From: the human T2T-CHM13v2.0 reference genome, Homo sapiens
Strand: one strand, 5' to 3'
Length of the DNA: 64,000 nt
Assembly: GCF_009914755.1 (NCBI RefSeq)
Contig: NC_060928.1
The notes under the pieces are model-generated. The model saw only the letters and a program-made list of their open reading frames with translations. It ran no database searches and had not been told where the DNA came from. Made by a program: the position numbers and the translations under genes. Each line of letters starts with the position of its first letter. The first letter of the stretch is position 1. Positions 56,707 through 64,000 of the stretch are shown in pieces.

Positions 56707-56831
56707 GCGGACTACCGGTTCCGGCGTGCACCGGGACGGCCTGCACGCTGGGGTGCGGACTACCGATCCCGGCGTGCACCGGAGCGGCGGACTACCCTGA
56801 GGCGCGGACTACCGGTCCCGGCGTGCACCGG
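56707..56831 (+). promoter_or_regulatory. Three 28-bp direct repeats GCGGACTACCG(G/A)T(T/C)CCGGCGTGCACCGG resembling ZNF143/THAP11 sites
   Basis: Copies at 56707, 56755 and 56804, plus a half copy at 56787. They resemble ACTACA-N-TCCCAG-ATGC. Confidence 0.6.
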
Positions 56832-58495
56832 GGCGGCTGGCTCCTGGGGCTCGCTGCATCCTGGTTCCCGTCGTACCGTGGACGCCGGGGCTCGCAGCGT
56901 GGCGGCCGCAGGAGCTGAGGGAGTCGGCCGCGCTTGCGCGGGGAGTGTCTTTTCGTCTCCGGGCGGCGGCAGCAGCGCGTGTGTCCGGAACTTTTCTGGG
57001 ACTAAGTCCTGCACCCACGAGTAGAAAACGGCTCCTGGGAGCTTGGGGCTCCAAGGGCAAGTCAGGGGACGCTGGGGATGGAGGGGCGCCCTCGACGCCC
57101 TCGGCCGCGGTCCCTCGCCGGCCCCCCTGCTCTGTGGCTCTGCCCTCGGCGGTCTGCACTCTGGCGCGCGCAGCTCTGAGTGCCTCTTCCCTGCGTACCG
57201 GGCGGCGCTCCCCAGATACGGCGCTGCTCGGCGTCGGGAGTCCCCGTCACCACTGGGGGGACGGGAGCGCAGGGTCCCGCCCCGAAGGACAGGGCCATGC
57301 CGGCCCCTGGAGGCGAGGGCACTAGGCCGGGTGGCGGCGCAGCCAGCATAGCGGCCCCCCATCCCGGCACACCGCGTCCTCCCGTCTGAGCGGGAGGGGT
57401 AGATATGGGTCCTGCGTTGGCGCGGGGGGACCCCTCGTTTCGCTCTGGCCTAAGCAGCCCCTGGGGTCCCGCGCGCCGCAAGAGCGCCAGACTTCCTAAC
57501 CTGGGCCATACCCTGTCCGCTCCACTTCCCAGTCCAAGAAGGAACAGCCGAAGCCCAGGACGCCAAGGACCTGGCTCGAAGTCTCCAGAATTCCCGCCAG
57601 AGCTGGGCTGGGCTCGCGGACCGCTCATGCGCCGTCTCCCAGGAGCCTCCCCCCAGCCCAGTTTAATAGCCGGCCCTGACCAGTCCAGGGGAGAGAGACC
57701 GTGCAGCCTCCCAGCAGACCGTGACCTCTGAGCTCCACCTTCCCCTTCCTTCCCTAAGATGAGGATCCCTGAGTTGGGGCAGAGAAAGCAGGCAGGGAGA
57801 AAAATGGGGACCTGCGGCGCTGGGGGCCCAGCTGGTGGAGATCTCCAGCTAGGAGATCCCCAGCACAGCACTTGCCCTGCCCTCTGTCTTGTTCAGGGAT
57901 GTAACCTGCCTCCTCCTGCTTCTCCGCGGCACCTCAGGGCACCGCCTGGGGAGGGTCTTGTAGTGCACACTCAGCATCTCTGTTCCCTGGAGCGCATGGG
58001 GTGTGAAACGCCTGATGCCAGCCAGCTCCCCAGTCTTGAGAGGCTGGTTGAATGGCACATCTCCCTAGGAGGCTCCCTCCCCAGGGTCCCCTCTGCCCCT
58101 GCTGTCCATGCAGTCGGTCCTCACCCGTCAGGAAAACGTAGCCTGCTTGCCTGGGTGGTTTTCCCCATCAGGAACTGCCAGGTACTGGGCCTGGATGGGC
58201 TTGAATTCCCCATCTCAGTGGGAGAAGGGGGCATTGTTTAGTGCAGGGCACTTTGAAGCCGTCTGTAAGTCCCTGTGTCCACACCGGTCAGTGGGCACTG
58301 CAGACATCAAATGCAGACAGAGTTTAAGCACAACTAGGCCTGAACCTAGGCCTGTGCTGCCAACAGACATGAAGGGGCCCCTTTTCCACCCATCCCCCAG
58401 GAGGCAAGAGGGGGATACAGAAGGATAGTCCTTGCCTCCCCACCCAGGGTTGGACCTGAGCTGGAGTGGACAGTTGGTCAGGGTCAGAAAGAACT

Positions 58496-58569
58496 GGACT
58501 TTTTATGGCCCAGCTGTAGGACTTTTTATGGCTCAGCTGTAGGACTTTTTATGGCCCAGCTGTAGGACT
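58496..58569 (+). repeat. 23-bp minisatellite, 3.2 copies (GGACTTTTTATGGCCCAGCTGTA)
   Basis: Copies at 58496, 58519 and 58542; one substitution. Confidence 0.93.
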
Positions 58570-59621
58570 GTATGTCCTAGTCCTGGTCTGGACATTGGTT
58601 CTGAGCACCAGATGACCCTGCCCGATGCTGGCTAGGGAGGGTGACCCCGGAGAGGGTGCAAGAAACAGTGCTCCTCTCGTTAATGCTGTGGGGTCCCAGG
58701 TGTCCCGGCAAGGCCAGGCAGGAGGTGGTGACTGCCCCATCTGTGCTAGTGCCTGTTTACAGGACTTTGAATGACACTGAAAGAGGAGGGAAGCCCTCCC
58801 CGCAGTCTCCACCCTGCCCAAAGTGCTGGGTGTGAGGAAATGTGGAACATACCCTCGCCTGCAGTTGGGATGACCCACCATCCCTGGACCAGAACAAGGA
58901 AAGCCTGGCAGCGGAGAGCCAACAGCAGGACTGACACAGGCAGGTGCTGTCTGCGATGCTCGTGCAGCCCAGGCAGGGTGGGATCTTAGATAAATTTTCA
59001 ACAATTAAAATAGCTGTGATCAGGCGCAGTAACTCACACCTGTAATCCCAGCACTTTGGGAGGCCGAGGCGGGCTGATCACGGGGTCAGGAGATCGAGAC
59101 CAGCTTGGCCAACATGGTGAAACCCTGTCTACTAAAAATACAAAAATTAGCTGGGCATTATGGTGCATGCCTGTAATCCCAGCTACTCGGGAGGCTGAGG
59201 CAGGAGAACTGCTTGAACCAGGGAGTCAGAGGTTACAGTGAGCCAAGATTGTGCCACTGCACTTCAGCCTGGTGACAGAGCGAGACTGTCGCAAAAAAAA
59301 AAAAAAAAATAGGTCAAAAGAAATAAGTAGAAATCTGGCATCCAGCCAGCTGACTGTGCACCCTTAAGGCTGGAATGAGGCCTTCCAGTCCCACATCTCC
59401 ATATGCAGCAGAACAAGGGCACAGAACCATGGCGCAGTGGTTTAATAGCAAGCACTGTTTTTAGCCTTTTTCTCTTCTTTTTTTTTTTTTGGTTGGGGAA
59501 ACTTCCTTTTCCTTCTCCCTATGTTCCTCACAAATCACATATAACCTTCCATAGTCACTCGGTGTATATACAAGTGACAGTAGAGAAACAGGGCAGGAAG
59601 CCCAGGCAGCACACGGGCCCC

Positions 59622-59828
59622 AGTTAGGGAGGTTAGGGATCCCGTTAGGGAGGGCGGTTAGGGATCTAGTTAGGGAGGGGGCTAGGGACTAGTCAGGCAG
59701 CTTAGGGACCTAGTTGGGGTTGGGACCTAGTTGGGGGGTTTAGGGATCTAGTTAGGGAAGGGGGGCTAGGGATCTAGTTAGGGAGGAAGTTAGGGATCTA
59801 GTTAGGGAGCTTAGGGAACCAGTTAGCG
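59622..59828 (+). repeat. Telomere-like minisatellite with about 12 TTAGGG hexamers (unit about GTTAGGGATCTAGTTAGGGAG)
   Basis: Counted by eye; also CTAGGG and TTGGGG variants. Confidence 0.88.
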
Positions 59829-60393
59829 AACTAGAGGAAGACTTAGAAGGGTTGTGTGCTGCACTTGACCCATGCTCTGGTGAAAAGCAGCCAGAGTTGC
59901 ATTTGCCCAGATTGGGGATTTGCTGGGAAGTATGATGAAGGAAGAGAGACAAGGATGTTTGCAAGAGACTATGAGGCTTGTCCCAGGAATTGAAACTGGG
60001 GAGAAGGAAAGGGAAGAACAGGAGGGGGCAGTGGGAGACAGCAGAAGATAGCAGGATCACTGGCCTGTGGGCTGAGAGGGGTTTGGAGCCAGGTACCAGA
60101 ACAAGTAAGCTGACGAAAGTGGGATGCTCCACACAGGGTGCTTGCACTTACTGGTGATGGCAGGGGCTAGGGTGACAGCCCAGGAGAAAAACCTTGGATA
60201 CCAGGTCACCTTGCAGCTGGGAGAAGCTTTAGCCAGGTACATGCAGCAGGAGAAGTGGAGGTCAGCCTCCAGCCTCCAGCCTCCTCTCACCCCACTGAGG
60301 AACCACCTGCAGATAAAAGTGGTGGTTTTGGGCCAAGCACAGTGGCTCGCACCTGTAATCCCAGCATTTTGGAAGGCTGAGGTGGGCAGATCA

Positions 60394-60588
<195 letters not shown>

Positions 60589-60864
60589 CTACACTACATT
60601 GCATTTTTTGAGACATAGCTAGACTACGTCTCAAAAAAAAAAAAAAAAAAGTGGTGGCTTTGGGCTGGGACATGGGAGGGCTATGCATTTGGATTTTTTT
60701 TTTAATTGAAATAGGGCCTCACTCTGTTGCCCAGTCTGGGGTGCAGTGGTATGATCACGGCTCACTACAGCCTTGACCTCTGGGCTCAAGCGATCTTCCT
60801 GCCTCAGCCTCCTTGAGTAGCTGGGACCACAAGCATGTGCCACCATGCCTGGCTAATTATTTAA

Positions 60865-60984
<120 letters not shown>

Positions 60985-61062
60985 TGACCTAAATTTGTTA
61001 TTTGTTGTTGTTGTTTTATTTAATTTTTAAAAAATTTTTTTATTTGAATCAATGGAACCCAC

Positions 61063-61130
61063 TATATATATGTGTATGTGTGTATATATATGTGTGTGTA
61101 TATATATATGTATATATATGTATATGTATA

Positions 61131-61172
<42 letters not shown>
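61063..61172. repeat. (TA)n/(TG)n compound microsatellite
   Basis: Read directly; adjoins an Alu poly(T). Confidence 0.92.
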
Positions 61173-61181
<9 letters not shown>

Positions 61182-61984
61182 TTTAGACAGGGTCTCGCTC
61201 TGTTGCCCAGGCTGAAGTGCAGTGGTGCAAAATCATAGCTCACTGCAGCCTCCACCTCCCGGGCTCAAGGGATCCTCCCACCTTAGCCTCTAGAGTACCT
61301 AGGACTATAAGCACACGCCACCATGCCTGGCTAATTTATGTATTTTTTTGTAGAGATGGGGTCTCGCCACATTGTCCAGGCTGGTCTTGAACTCTTGGGC
61401 TCAAGCAATCCACCTACCTCGGCCTCCCAAAATGCTGGGATTACAGGCTCCCTGCTCCCTTTTGGATTTCCACTCTGGGAACAGCCAGCTGCCAGGTCAT
61501 GAGGACACTCAGATAGCCTGTAGAGACCCACATGGGGAAGAACTGAGGGTAGTCCATTATGCAGCAATAGATAACTAAGACAGGATGTGCCTAGAGAATT
61601 TGCTCTAGGACACAGTCCCAGTTCCCAGGGCATGGGTCCTGGTGTCTCAGCTGCATACCAAGCCTGTGGGCTGAGAGGGGTTTGGAGCCAGGTACCAAAG
61701 CATTCATGAGGGACATTGATGAGGTTAGAATGAGGTCTCTCCATGCAGGCTGGGCCAGAATTCCTATGGCAGTTGCTTCCTGTTAAGTCCAGGTGGCCTC
61801 ATCCTGAGCAGGTGCAGCCCACTCCTCAGCCAAGGACAGTGGGACATCTCAGGCTTCCCTGCAAACACTTTCCTCTCCAGGGCCTTCCCCACAGATTCCA
61901 GCTGTGCTACTGTCCCCAGTTCAGTGGGGTGCTGCACACTGGTGCTCTGGCTGGGCTCCACCTTCTGCACATATATTTTCTTTT

Positions 61985-62279
<295 letters not shown>

Positions 62280-62729
62280 TAGAGATGAGGTCTCCTTATG
62301 TTGCCCAGGTTGGTCTCCAACTCGGGTTCAAGCCATCCACCTGCCTGGGCCTCCCAGAGTGCTGGGATTACAGGCAGGAGCTACTGTGCCCAGCCAGATT
62401 TGCTTTTTAGATCCTTCTACATTTGTGGGGAAACTGGTGAACTCTGAATTGACCCTGGTGATCAGTTAATAGTAAGGGACCAGTGTTGGTTTCCACCAAG
62501 CTACCCTGGAAATGTAAGATGTTACCATTAGGGGAAACCAGGTTGGGGGACTCCCTATGATCTTCGCAGCTTTTCAGTAAATCTAAAATTATTGCAGTAA
62601 AAAACAGTAAAACATCTGGCTGGCTGGCAGAAGGGGAGGCAGCCTCTGTCCTGCGTGGCTGTCCCAGACTGGCTGGGGTGGCACTCTGGCTGTCCCTGGT
62701 CAGTCCCTAACTCAGGCTGCCAAAGACGG

Positions 62730-63345
62730 TCGCCAGTCTAGGGAAGAAGCGGCCCAACGCGCTCCCCAAAGACGTCGCTGCAGGCACAGGGTTTAGGAAG
62801 AACTTTTATTTTCTTCCTTCTGCTGCTGTGGGTTTTAATTTCCTGCCATTTTCATAATTAAAAAAAGAAGTGCTATTTTAGCACGAAACAATGTTTGTTT
62901 AGCCAAAGCCAGAGTGAGTGGGCAGCAATGGCCGCGCGCCCTGCTCTGGGTGGTCCCGACCCCGGGGAAGTCCCTGTGCAGAACGGGGGCTGCGGGGGCG
63001 GCAGGAGGAAGTGGGGGGCGCGGCACCCAGGCCTCGCTGTCTTCCCTTCGAGGGACCTCGCGCTGCAAAATCCGAAGAGCCCGGCTGGGGCGGGGTCGCG
63101 GGGTGCGCGGGAACCGGGGCCTGGGACGGGGCGGGGCCTAGCCAGGGCCTCCACGGAAGCGAGGCCAGGACTGGGGAGTGGGGGGTGGGGGGGTCGTGGC
63201 TGAGTGGGTGCCCTGAGGGCGGTCAAGGACCCCGCGGGCCTCTTCTCCTGCCTGGACACTGCGCTTGCCTGGCTATCACCAGTCCCAGCCCTGCCGCCCT
63301 GGGGAGAGGGAGAAGGCGTGCAGGTGAGCGCTACGCCCTGGGGCT
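62730..63345. promoter_or_regulatory. Small GC/CpG-rich element about 6.5 kb upstream of LETM1 (candidate enhancer or promoter)
   Basis: CpG-dense with GC boxes (GGGGCGGGGC at about 63128) in otherwise repeat-rich DNA. Confidence 0.55.
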
Positions 63346-63714
63346 GGCTCTGACCTGACACCAGGTCCCAACTGTAGTTGCTAAGGTCCTGCAACTAGTT
63401 AGAGAGGTGTTGTAGAGCCAGGTGCTCATGGTTGTAATCCCAGTGCTTTGGGAGGTGGAGGCAGGACGATTGCTAGAGCTTAGGAGTTTGAGATCAGTCT
63501 AGGCAACATAGCTAGACCCCCCCACCAAAAAAAAAAAAAAAAAAAAACGAAATCGGTCGTGGTCTTATGGGCCTGTAGTCCCAGGTACTCAGGAAGCAGA
63601 GGCGGGAGGATCGCTTGAGCCTCGGAGGTCAAGGCTGCAGTGAGTCGTGATCGTGCCATTGCACTCCAGCGTGGGCGACAGAGCTGAGACCTTGTCTCAA
63701 AAGAGAGATTTTCG

Positions 63715-64000
63715 GGCCCTAACCTGGCATCTCTAAGTGCAAGCTCACTTGGAAATAGAGTCTTTGCCGATGTAACCAAGGTAAGATAAGGTTATTAGGA
63801 AGGGCCCTACTCCAATAGATCTGTGCTCCTCCTAAGAGAAAAGAGACTCAGGCGATGTGCAAGGCAGAGGCCACGTGACCACGGAGCCAGGGATCAGAGG
63901 TTGCCACCAAAGGTCTGAGGCAAGCACCGGAAGCTGAGGAGATACCAGGGAGGACCCTCCCCAAAGCCTCCCACCCTGCTGGCACCTTGTTTTCAGGCTC
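63715..64000 (+). mobile_element. MLT1 (MaLR) LTR fragment running off the window; a second MLT1 remnant lies at about 61450-61582
   Basis: gtaagataaggttattagg...ggccacgtgaccacgg...ccctgctggcaccttg; tatgcagcaatagataactaagaca. Confidence 0.65.

Noticed and set aside
56707-56831. 28-bp repeats with unique 20-21 nt spacers look CRISPR-like
   Set aside because: Human CpG-island promoter, only 3 units, short spacers and no cas genes. A transcription-factor motif array fits better.
57759-58241. 160-aa ATG-initiated ORF divergent from the LETM1 promoter
   Set aside because: No domain or coding-like composition, and its length is expected by chance at this GC content. Ribo-seq or PhyloCSF support would be needed.
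59622-59828. True interstitial telomere or telomere-healing/fusion scar
   Set aside because: The hexamers are not in tandem and there is no head-to-head CCCTAA block. It is a minisatellite containing TTAGGG.

Overview
Human genomic DNA from 4p16.3. The window holds the 3' three-quarters of FGFR3 on the + strand: the exon 3 donor at 2/3, exons 4-19 including the mutually exclusive IIIb/IIIc exons, the stop at 7739-7741 and a poly(A) signal at 9323. It converges on the complete 14-exon LETM1 gene on the - strand (ATG 56424, stop 14899, long 3'UTR to about 11955). About 7 kb of LETM1 upstream sequence follows; from recall, NSD2 lies beyond the window. I checked all exon boundaries by hand for GT-AG and frame: LETM1 sums to 2220 nt (739 aa), and the FGFR3 exons give a continuous frame. 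FGFR3 is Alu-free, whereas LETM1 is packed with Alus and carries a 5'-truncated SVA with a target-site duplication in intron 6. I see no new gene or new multi-gene system. The best second-look items are these. (1) A 3'UTR (TG)n microsatellite sets the length of any FGFR3 stop-loss extension (141, 101 or 81 aa). (2) A TTAGGG-rich array and a triple ZNF143/THAP11-like motif lie upstream of LETM1. (3) The SVA is sense-oriented to LETM1 and its VNTR has nested duplications. (4) Several short templated-copy or snap-back repair scars cluster around the LETM1 5' end. Repeat subfamily calls are from memory of consensus sequences, and repeat edges are approximate.
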